A stretch of 52,994 nt of DNA, the filler included, from Dimargaris cristalligena (taxonomy: Eukaryota): NCBI GenBank assembly GCA_003614675.1. It is 2 parts of 2 records of this genome, joined end to end, with 100 filler letters (N's around TTAATTAATTAA, not from the genome) between each part and the next. Parts side by side here need not be neighbours in the genome. Positions count along the whole stretch, not along the records: positions 26,569 to 52,994 come from ML002541.1; 1 more part is not named here. One strand, given 5' to 3'. The number at the start of each line of letters is the position of its first letter. The first letter of the stretch is position 1. Below, one piece after another: positions 34,371-45,861 of the stretch. The notes beneath the pieces were generated by a model, which was not told the DNA's origin, searched no databases, and saw nothing but the letters and a program-made list of their open reading frames with translations. A program made the position numbers and the translations under genes.

Positions 34371-37300
34371 GGCGAATTCGAGGACCGGAATCGGCAAAAA
34401 CAGAAACGAGGGGGAAGAAGGGAGAGGGGGGAGTAAGAAGTAACGTAGGTACCACACAAGACAAAGTAGAACGGCAACGGGTGTGGGAGTCGGTTGGCAA
34501 ATGCAATGGAAATTCAACGAATGTGGTCGTGTCGAATGTCGACGTGGGAAGCCCGCTATTCGCGTTTAGGCGTTTAACGAGACGGAAAGGGGAATTGGGC
34601 GGGCAAAGAAGGGGTCTAGCGTGGGATAAATATAAAATAAGTACGGGCAGTGTGGGCAAACAGTGTAGGACCAGCCACAAGGTTGGGGGGCAGAGTGGGG
34701 AAAAGAGGGTTAGTATATTGCAGGACAGACGGTTAATAGGAGGGGAGGGTTGACAGACCCATTAGGTAATTCAGTAACAAAAGCAGTGGAAATGACAACT
34801 ATGAGGCGAAGAGTGACTACAAGGGGATTCGGGTAGTATACAATACCAGCTGTTGGAAAATAGCTCGATAAATTGATAAATGTGTAATAGAATAGGTATA
34901 TCCTATCTACTTTTCTAAAGCAAACAATTTGCCGGCTATTACTCGGCCTATCCCGCTTACCAAACTAGTAAAGTTAATTATCTCATTGGAAAAAAAAGGG
35001 GGCAGGTTAAGCTAATAACGAACAATAAATAGTATAGACCAGAAACCTCACCTTTAACCTATAATGGTTGAACAAACCTGGTACTGGACTAGTCAAAAAA
35101 GGTAACTGAGGATAGTACGAAAAAAGGGACCGGTATACAGATTTGAGGAGCAGAAAAGCATAAATGGTGGTTAAGGGAAAATCAAATCGGGAGGTGCAGA
35201 AACGCAAAATATGGACAGAGAGGATCAAGCCATAAATGGTTGGCTCCGGAAATATATATATTTGGGGTTGGGAATGGCAAATGAAGGTAACGGTAATAGA
35301 GAGGGTATGGATGAAGTAGGAGGCTAGAGTTAACGTCAAGATAATTATTGTAAGAATAACCAACAGCCGCGTACTCCAAACATGAATCCACGTATATATA
35401 TAATATATACGAGCCACGTTTGGCGAATAGTGGCGTTGGAGTGGGCTGAAAATAAGAAAAACCTGCCGAAGCACCACGGCAGCGCCCAATATTATTGAGG
35501 AGGGAAAGGGGTGGGTGGGTGACGTGCCCACTACCCAAAGGGAACGAGCCGCCGAATTAAATAAGCAGCTGATGTTTATGACAAGGGCTAGTTTACAATA
35601 GAATCGCGCGTATAGCCGTAATTCGGAAGTGATATATAGTAAAAAATAAAGAAGGGGGAAATATAAATGGGCGGGCTAAAGAGAGCCGGCGCTTCCCCCA
35701 ATATCCTCAGAAGGCGCTCTCAAGGTTTCCTATAGGCTGAAGCCCAGGAATACCTATGGCAATTGGTTAAAAGGATTGGGCTGAGAAGGCGCATGCAGTG
35801 AAGTAATACCCAGCCCATTGGCCATACGGTACCAGCACGCCCACCAAGTGGCCAGACCCGGATGAAGGCAGGAAAGATAACGAAATGGGAGGTCTCAAGA
35901 GGAAAGCACAATCGCGGACCTTACCAGTAAGTGACCTTCCACTGGTTCCAATGTATACTCTACCTCCTGATCAATATATTTACTGACCAGACAGGTACAC
36001 CACACAATTGGGGTCACATTATTTAAACCACGCGACGTGTATAGCTCCGTTTAGAAAAGACTGAAAATCAAAAAAAAAAATGGGGAGAGGCGCAATTATA
36101 TGTAATGGGGGTAGATATTTGAAATAATGGGAACTTACTGTTCGGAAAATTGAGCGAGAACGTCTACGACGGGCAAATGGGGAAAAGAAAAGTGAAGACA
36201 AAAGCTAGGGATGCGCTGGCGGTCAGAGGGGATTAACGAGTCGGCCGAACAGCGTAGTCTAGTGGGGAGTACATGGCGCAGGGCATACAGGCAACACGAT
36301 AGGTTAATGTGGGCCGGAGAGGGCGAGGGTGTCGACGGTAATACGAATGCCCGACCAGTAAGCGTATGCAAATGGCGAAATAGAACTGTAAAGGAGCGGG
36401 CGAGAGTTTAAGCAATATTGGAAAAAGGAAACTGATAGGGACGGAAAGGGAAAGAAAAGGTATATGTACAGTGTGGTCGCCCACGGCAAAGTCAGCGAGA
36501 GGCAGGGCTAGTCAAAAGGTGTAAGGTGAGAAACACCTCCAGGCCGAGGAATATCGGGACGATGGAACCATGGATCCCACACACTGCCCCCCATGACAAA
36601 CTGGTCTAGAAAAGAATAGAAGGGAAACTGGGCATAAAGATGAAAGGGGGAAGGCCAGTGCACCACCGCTCCCCCCTTAAGCGCATCCGCGTCCCTGATG
36701 AACAACCCCCCTTCTTCCCTGGAGTTCGCTAGAAATCATACAGGTACAAAGCGTATCGCATCATCCGAAGACTCCCCATGTTCCGTCCATTCAAATCACA
36801 TCTACGGTCTACCATGCCGCCAATGGCCTCTGTGTAGCCTGTAGTCTGATTCGAGCGGCCTTTCAATCCCCCTCGAATAACGGATATGCCCTAGCACCAG
36901 AGACCAACCGGGACGCGCCAGGCAATGGTCATATCAGCGTGACCACCAACCACGACGCACGTTGCCTCCAACTACCTGGCTGTCCCCCACGTACCCACCC
37001 GGGTACACTCTTCCTCAAAAAAGGGCGTTTCCCAGTGTTCAGTCGAGGTTCTTACTACCGGGTGGGAATGGCAAAGGTAGGGAAGGGCCAGCTACAGTAG
37101 CAGGCGACGAGTGCTTGGTCATGCTCGCAGGGGGCAGCGAAGGGCCAGCGAGGGGAATGGCACAAACACCCAACGAAGATAGAGCAGTGCCCCCATCAGG
37201 CCAATGTTGGAGGGAGGGTGGTACTTTAGTCAGCTGGACGGATGGGTGTGATGCTGAAGAACACCGGCATGTCACCAGCCTGGACTAATCGGGCAGTCCA

Positions 37301-39870
37301 GTGCTTGCCAAAGACAACAATTGACATAAACGGCAATTACATTCTCTGATACTGATGCAATGATGCTGACGCCCACCATGGCTGATCGTTCAACACTCTG
37401 GGATTATACCTCCCTCTCTGACTCTAAAGCGGGGGGCTCTAGAGGGCAGAATTGCCATCACCCATCCGATCCCCATCTGCCTTTGAACTGTACCTGCCAA
37501 CACCTTCAGACCTTCAACCTATATCACAACCACCTTCTTTCCATAAAACACAAAGTACAAAAATAAAAACACTCCGACTTTCCGACTCCAATTATTCTTA
37601 TATATATATATATATATATGCTTAGTAACAAGATGCCAGGGTATACTTACTGGGTAGATTCTTGTCAAATCGACGAGGGTGACAGGTGGCGATGCCGGGA
37701 GTATACACTGAAAGTAAAAAAGGCGATCCTAATGATTGGCACCCAACCCAGAGGGGAATGCGTCGCTAATAAACAGCGAATCTTGGTAAGACGGCTATGG
37801 GGGAGAGGGTAGGAATCCAAGCGTTAGTAAAGGGAGTGAGAGATAGCTTAGGGAAGTGAATAGATTGTTTTTGTTGTTGTTCTGTAGTCCCGTCTGCCGA
37901 AGGACGGCGAATATATCAAGCAAGGCGGATCTGAGGAAATAATCCCACGCTCTGAATAGAAAACGGACGGAGAGGGGAACAGACAGGGGAGTTTATATCC
38001 AGATTAGGTGGGGAATATAGTGGCATACCCCCTCATAATATGAACATACCCAACCATGGCTGCAGCAACTCAGAACTCGACATGACTGTGGCCGACACCA
38101 TGGCCATTTAGAAGACCCGGTGTGGGTAGAGAGGGTGGTGTGCCCAACCCTCCTCCTGCGTAGCTCCTGGTGTATGGAAGCCACATCCACAGGGGGTGCG
38201 AAAATCCGAAGGGAGATTGAAGACAGGGTCAACCAGTGATCTGGATGACGCATGACTAGTTTCCTTCTCAGAAGAGCGGTGACTTACCTAAATCAAAAAC
38301 GGTCTGGGAATTTTGGTTTCGTCTGGGCTAAATAGGGCCAGTCGCCGCACTATGGGAAAATATATATAACAATCTAATTGTATACAGTCGGCGGATTACA
38401 GTTTACAACAATAATACCGGTCAGAATCAATAAAATCAGCCAAGGACAATCAACACCGGGCAGGGATATGCAGAAGCTACTGACAGGTGCCAGACTACCG
38501 AGTCTAGTAGCCACAGCCCTTTGGTTATAAATCAAGTGTGCCGAAAGCTAGAGTAGCCGAGTAATACTAACATGCTGAGCAGCCCGCGACCCCCAAGCAT
38601 AATACCAACTTCTATTACCACCCACGCTGCCCATATTTGGACCTTCTTCTCCTCCCACCCCAATTTAGAAATATCAAGCTCAGCCACCCGTGTCTATTAG
38701 AGCAACTGACACGATCAGTGCTCGCTCCGACGCACCAATAGATATCCCAAAACACGGCGGATCCTCAGTAAGGATTGCCACACGTGGCTGTGGTTAATGT
38801 GGGGGAGTTGGTGACTAAAGGGGCGGGGAAAGAATGCCTAGTTAAGGTGGGCGATTAATGCACTAATACGTCTAAATAATTTGGCAGCAGTGTGATTTTA
38901 CGCCCATCAGACGAAAAAGCCAACATCAAACAGGGAAAAAGAGAGTGTCTCAGCCTGATCAGTTTGAATAAATGACCAGCCCCCCTATCTAACCAGACCT
39001 AGGTAGCACGCCGCGAAACACCACTATCAACCAGAGGAGGGATGTTCAACCCTACCGCAGGCACTTGTAGGATATAGGATAGACGTACTTACCGGTCGGA
39101 AAGGTGGCGGCCGACGATCGAGCTATTGGTGAGTGAATTGTGATGCGCGGCCACTTATCTTACCCTGAACCCCGCTGGACAGCTAAACGAGTCATACATA
39201 AAGATGAAAGGTGATCCCGGTCAGGCGGTTAGTTCCGATTTACAGTGACATGAAATAACCTTGAGTTGGAGGACAAAAACAAGCAAGGCGGAGTCACTCC
39301 TATTATCACTTGTCCTCCCCCCTCATCTACTCGCAATTGCTATGCAATAAAGAGGGTTGGTAAATACCAAGTCACGCCGAATGATCACCACAGTCAAGGA
39401 TCAAGCGTATATTGCGGATGCATCCAGGCATGTGACACGTCGGGATGTGCGTGGAGGCAGGAAGATTGGTGCGTATAGACGGGGGTAAAGTAGGGCTTAC
39501 CTGTTGTAACGAAGTAGCCAAAGTAAAGACGGCTAGTTGGATGCGGGAATCGGCGAGAATTAGGTAATGCTGGATTTGTATTAGAACGCTGAATGATAAT
39601 ATCGACCGAGTGAGGGAGCGGTTGGAATTAGTGCGATGTGGTTGTTGGTCAAAGATGTAAGGATACGAAGCGACCGGGGCGGCTTGAGATATGATGAGTA
39701 TTATGTTGACTAAATTTTGGAATAGGAGACTATAGATGGGTTAGAAAATAGATAATATAGAACGCGAAAGAAACAGGGGGTCGGGAGTATTTGAGTGAAG
39801 AGTACAAAAAAATATACAACGCTGACAGGCGTCGTACACGGTTTTATACCACTGGATGATAGGAGGGGAA

Positions 39871-39901
<31 letters not shown>

Positions 39902-39950
39902 TAGAGAAGAGAGAAAGAGGAAGAGAGAAGGGGGAGGAGGGGCGCTCACA
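34371..39950 (-). other. Putative multi-exon non-coding 5' leader (or lncRNA) upstream of HAP5
   Basis: Chain of consensus donors, acceptors and branch points on the minus strand with no long ORF; see findings. Confidence 0.5.
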
Positions 39951-42900
39951 GTCCACGGTTAATGTCCTTCGATCGGTAGATTTGCCCACCTTTCCTTCGT
40001 CCGTTAACGCTCGGTGGTATGTGCCTTAAGTCGCCGATACACTACATTCCTCCCAATCCACTTCGTCAGCTGGTATATTTGCCAAACTTACCCACTCTAA
40101 AGATAGGCACAAACCAGACATGCCCAAGGCGGAGAGAACTTTACTGTACTAGAATTAAATATCACCGCCCGCCTACTTTGGGCTGGTACGCCAAGTCCCG
40201 TTGAATAAGGGAGAACCGAGCCTAGCGCCTGACCCGCGCTTACGTGCATTGCAACCCGGTCATTTGGCGGGGAGCGTGTCTGTGTCTATTGCTATGTATG
40301 ATCACAGCCACAATCAGAAAAAAAAAAGGCCGAACGGGCGGCCATAGATAGATTCGGTGGCCGTAATAATAGCGTAGCATCCGTTCTTTGTGGCTCCGCA
40401 ACTCCCTCCCCCTCACCCTTCTCGTACACACCACCTTACACACCCATTCCATACCACTTGGTATTTCCCCCAATCCCACGGCTCGCCGTCGTCGTTCACT
40501 CGGACCATATCTCCCAGTGTCATTGCGACCCGCGGAGCACGCCGATTGGTGCACTCATACCAGCATTAGTCAATCTGATAGGCTCTCTGCCGAACTCACT
40601 TCCCATTGTCTGTGGTGGCCACAATACATTTCCTTCATCCATTTACTCTACACCCCCCCCTCTTTCCAACCATTACGCTGTTCGCCGTTTTAGACCACCT
40701 ACCGAATTAAACTGAACAAAAAAGAAAAGGAAAGAAAAAACAGGAAATTGTAAACACCTATAGATACCAGAGTAGTACCATGTCTTCCCGTTGCGTCAGT
40801 CAGAAAAATGGGACTTTCACTTCCCAAGTAAGACTAGCTTGTGGGAGTATCCGAACTCCCTATATCGGAGGACCCATTGGTACTTCCATCTTACCAGTCC
40901 CCCACTCTAACTTAACATTTGGAACACCGGACAATGCTAAGCACTTACCAAAAGGGGATAACCTTGGTGGACTAAGTTTCCTCCGACAGACTATTGTTGT
41001 GGGTCGATGACTCAATTTGGTCAAATCTCACACCAAGGATGACCAAAGGACTGTAGACCCATGTGGCTGTGGCGCTAGATCGGGGGATTCGTTATTTCGA
41101 GGCATCAATGTGAGATTTGTCCAGAAAGAAGGTCGAAATAAACCCAGCATTAAGGCATACACCTTCCTCTAACCAATATCGCGGGCCAAGGGACTCCTCC
41201 AATTACCTGATGGATATTTCTAAATATTAGCGCCACATCGATCATGTCTGCTTGGCACCTTGACACGAGGGGGGGGGGGCTGAATTACTTACAACATTTC
41301 CCTTGGCCGATCAAACTGTAATTTCGGTTTAAAAAACCGGGCAGCTTACTTTGTGGTTCCGAATCCCGATGCGGAGCCATATAGTTAAACCACAATGGGT
41401 TTTGGGTGACACCAAGCTTCGATCAAGGGCGTGTATGCCCCACGGAGGCGATATTTTTTTAATCGTACCTACAAGGTTTGCCCCTTTTTGCCTAATGTAG
41501 ACGTGAGTCAGCAGAACATCCAAGACAGTAGTATCCTTTGCCGCAGGTCCATTTATAGATAAGAATAGAGCCATCGGGTACGGCTTTGGTGGCTGTCAAA
41601 GTCGTACGCGTATAATTTTACCCGAGTGACTTCCCGAAACAGGTTAAATAACACGAGTCATATGAGTGGCACCATGTCTGTAGTGCTGGGGTCGGAAAAT
41701 GTGCGATTGTCGTTGACTCCAGCTTGCAGACCAGCGGGTGAAACAACACTAAGCCCTTGTACAGATGGGTCAAAATGGGCAATTTATATGACGTTTGTAA
41801 AGTTTATTACTTACGGCTGGGTTTGCTTTTGGGCATGGCGCGCATAATAGAAATAATCTGGATAGTTTATCACATACCCCAAAACCTATCGCTGACGATG
41901 TCGAAAATCGCCGAATCCCCCCTACACTCATCCAGCTGAAAGTAGGGTGAAGGTGAAGGGCGCATAATAGATGAGCTGTGCTGTATTCGAATGATGCAGT
42001 AGACCGACCAAAACAGGTTGCTTCGAGACGGGAGGACTAGCCAATATGATTTCGAAATAGCAAAAGATGGTGGAAGAGGACTAAGCAATTACAGCTCAGG
42101 GTAGCTTTATATTTCTCACCCGGTGGGGAGAGGTAGGAGTGTAATGTATGCGCATATAGGATTGGCAAACTATACGGCCTGGCATTTCGTGAAAGTGCAT
42201 GTAATCGATTGGATTCCGATCATTACAAATCAACTTTTCCTCGGTAGACCGAGCTATGATCATCCTAGCCATATTCCACAGGATGTCGCCTACGTATTAA
42301 AGACACCACTATATAATGGCATTACTATCATGTCAAGATAAACTTGTTATATTATTGGAGCCTAAAAAATAAAAGAGCAAGGGTTCCAGGTTTCCCATTT
42401 CCGAATAATACCATGACCTTAACGGACACGGTAACCGCGGGTTGCTAGTAAATCCTTAAAGAAGGGTACGCTCTTAAGTCGCATATCTAACAATAGCCAA
42501 CTACCCATTCCATAAGCTACATCGTATTATTCAGAGATTTTCCAACAGCGTGGTTGCAATATAATCCTACATCTTTCAGATGATGATATCGAAATCAATC
42601 ACAGGTACCACCACGCCTTCAATAGAACCAATGTACAGCAACAGATGCGATGCAAATACCCAATAACTTATTTAGTAGAGGGAGGGGAGTGCACTTTATT
42701 AACTAAAATACACGGGGATACACTGACGAAGCTAACCCAGCGGCTAAAGGAATGTAACAAAGGGGGGTATAGAGGCCCAGCACACGGGATCATGTACACT
42801 TCTTACTTACAGTTCACTCTTAAAGGGACCACATAAATCAGCATCGACGAGTGAAAGAGGGAGGTGCCGAGTGGGCCGTACAAACGATATGTTAGGAGAG

Positions 42901-43146
42901 TGGAATGGTGCAGAACAAATGAAATAAAAAAGTTTAACCTGAGGATTTATTTGTTAGGCCCCGTAGGGTTCTCAAAAGAGTGAAACCCCTCGAAAGCACT
43001 ACACTACCCACACACACTCGGACCGCCGAAAAAACCGAGCACCATCAATGAATTGGGGAGGTAACCGGTAAATACATATATATTTTTTGGTATATATAAA
43101 AACCCGGAATTGATGGATGAGGAGAAAGGAGGGGGGGGAAGGACGT

Positions 43147-43900
43147 TTACTGGGCACCAATTTCGGTGACAGTAAGGGCGGGGGGGAGAGATTCTCTCAG
43201 CTTCTCGGCCTTGCGGGCATCGTCGACGACGAGGGTGTACAGGTAGCGAGAGCAGCGGAGCTTGAACTTGACGACCTGGCCGTTCTTCTTGATGCGGGCA
43301 GACTTGGCGTCCTTTCTGCGGGCGATTTCGAGGAACTTCTTGATGTCAGCGACGTTCTTGGCCTATGAAGAAAAATATAATAGATAGATGGTGTGTATGT
43401 ATATATGTTGCAACAGGGATTAGTATATAGATGCATAGCTGTGTGTATGTCGATGGGTAGGTAGATATACCGCATGAGGGAGCAAGTGTAACCGACCCGG
43501 GCCGTAAAACTGAATAGGAGGGGAAGCTCGTGGTCTAGAAGATAGCATATAGCCAATCAGTCCGACCACCTATTCAGCCCCGACGAGGATCTGGCAGTGA
43601 CTCAAGCAACCAGCTGGTTAACGGCGAATCCAATCGGATCTAGTCCGAATCTCGCAATCGATCGACTGGATTCCATCTTGTCCGAGGTAAATCTATGGTG
43701 CCTCTCGAGATCTGGGCGCCTCCTCGGTGGTAGGAATATAGGTTGATCGTCTCTCCGCTTGATTCCACAGTTAAAGGGGGTTTGGTCAGCCCAGGGTTTT
43801 TGTTTTGTCCCTCAGATCGACCGACACGATGATCCCACCCGCTCGAGTAAGAATCGGACGAAGTAGCGGGAGCTAAAGGGGGAGGGGGAAGACCTACCAT
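43147..43900 (-). CDS. RPL38: 60S ribosomal protein eL38; coding part of exon 1 is the ATG only
   Basis: ATG 43900-43898, GTAGGT intron to the CATAG acceptor at 43363, exon 2 43362-43147. Product: [72 protein letters not shown]. Missed by the ORF track. Confidence 0.96.
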
Positions 43901-45180
43901 TGTGTTAGATGGAACTGAGGAGAAGGGAGGGGGGATGAAAAGTCAGGCGACTAAACGGAGTAGATTTAGGCAAAGCACTGCGAAAGAGGAGGATCTTGTT
44001 GAGGGACCCCGGCGTACAGATCTTGTTATACAGACTTTGCAGTGGGGAGGGGGGGGAAGTTGGTGGTGAAAACTTTCCTAGCCAGCCTTTTTTTTGTGAA
44101 TAGGAGGAGGTTTCTCCTTCACGCCTAGTGGTGGTCTCGCTCTCCCCCGCCCCCTTCAAGCAAAGGGCTGTGCGGTACTTCTGGTTTGGTGGGAGGATAT
44201 TGGTGTACAGTATTCCCTCCCCATACCATGATTAGTAGTGGTATACACCATTTTCCTCCTTCACTCTTTCCACTACTGTCAGGGCAATGCTACCAGCAAA
44301 GCGTCATCTACATGAAGGACCACCCCCACTCACTCTCCTTTCCTTCTCCCCATCCAGCCTATTTTACTACAGTTGTCTCTAAGCTGCCCTTGATCTCTAC
44401 TGTTACTCACTGGCGGTTAGGCCTGGGCACAGGGGGAAAATAATGACCCATATCTGCGAATATCCCACTCGAAGCGAAAAAAAAAACTTTTTTTTGGCAG
44501 GGCCAGTTTTTTTCTATGGGAATCAATTCTAGTGGGATTTATTTTGGATGTATTAATATTATATTTATCCCATACATGACCCTACCCGATCGATGCAGCC
44601 TCTCCATTTACACCATGTGATTACCTTTTTGTTCACGTGATTGTATTACAGATTTTCGACCACAGGCTAAAGCTGGCTTTTAATACTGGTCTGTATAAAC
44701 TCGAACAGCTCTCCGGCTACTCGAGCATTGCACCCAAACAACGGCATGGGGTAGCCGCATTGGAAATAAGTGACTGTCTCTTGCTGGATAACAATATTTT
44801 CAATTTAAGGTTACATGGCACAGTTTATTATAAATGACTACGTTGGGCGATTGCGTGAAAGCAAGTCTGGCAACACATCTAACACGTATTGCCGACTAGT
44901 AAGCTAGTCAATGGATAAGAATACATAAGGTGAAATTGCCCAATAAACCGAGGTAAAGGCTATAGTAATATTGTCAAAAGCGGATGGTAAAATCTGGCTC
45001 GAATCAAATATGAATAAAAAAAATACAAGTGAAGGATGAAGGTAAGCGGTTGTCAACGCACATTGTTATCACCATGTATATGTACGTCTGTAGGAGTATA
45101 AATAGGAATGGCCAGGAAACTGGTGAACCTATCGTTATCCAGCCATCCTTATATTCCCAATAATGCCGCTGCCCTTGCGA

Positions 45181-45861
45181 TTAGACTGCCTCGACATCGG
45201 GCAAAATATGCCGGCCCACCAGTTCTTCCAAGCTGGGGCGACTTTGCAGCTTGTGGCTGAGCTCGTCACTCAATTTGGCGCGCTCCAGGTCGTGGGCCAG
45301 GCTCTGGAGGGCGGGGGCGGCCTGGGTGTTTTTCAAAATGTTATGTTGGACGAGTTCGGACCGGTCGGGGCGCTGCTCCAGCTTATGCTCCAACGCATCT
45401 TCCAACCGAGCCCGTTGGAGTTCAGCCTGCTTGGCTTGCAAGGAGGGGGCCACGTGGGTGCTCTTGAGAATATTGTACTGGACCAGCTCCGACTTATCCG
45501 GGCGTTGCTCTAGTTTATGCTCCAAGGCATCGGCCAGTCGGGCCCGTTTGAGTTCGGCCTGTTTGGCCTGTAGGGCGGGGGCGACCGTAAGGGGGGTGGC
45601 CTTGAGAATGTTATGGTCGACCAGGAACTGTTGGTCGGGGCGCTGCTCAAGGCGCTGGTGTAGCAGGTCGGTACGGTGGGCCCGGTCGAGCTCATGGGCC
45701 CGGGCCTGGAGTTGGGGGGCAATGGCAGGGTCGTGGAGAATGTGGCGGTCTACCAAGTTGCCCATTTCAGGGCGCTGGGTCAATTTCTTGGCCAACGCCT
45801 GGACCTTGGCGGGGTTGGGAATGGGGGTGGTGGAGATGGTGCGGTCGACCGGTTCAGCCAT
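45181..45861 (-). CDS. RPEL-repeat protein (five putative G-actin-binding RPEL motifs)
   Basis: LAKKLTQRPEMGNLVDRHIL, LHQRLEQRPDQQFLVDHNIL, LEHKLEQRPDKSELVQYNIL, LEHKLEQRPDRSELVQHNIL, LSHKLQSRPSLEELVGRHIL at ~44-46 aa spacing. Confidence 0.9.
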   Translation of the reverse strand: MAEPVDRTISTTPIPNPAKVQALAKKLTQRPEMGNLVDRHILHDPAIAPQLQARAHELDRAHRTDLLHQRLEQRPDQQFLVDHNILKATPLTVAPALQAKQAELKRARLADALEHKLEQRPDKSELVQYNILKSTHVAPSLQAKQAELQRARLEDALEHKLEQRPDRSELVQHNILKNTQAAPALQSLAHDLERAKLSDELSHKLQSRPSLEELVGRHILPDVEAV

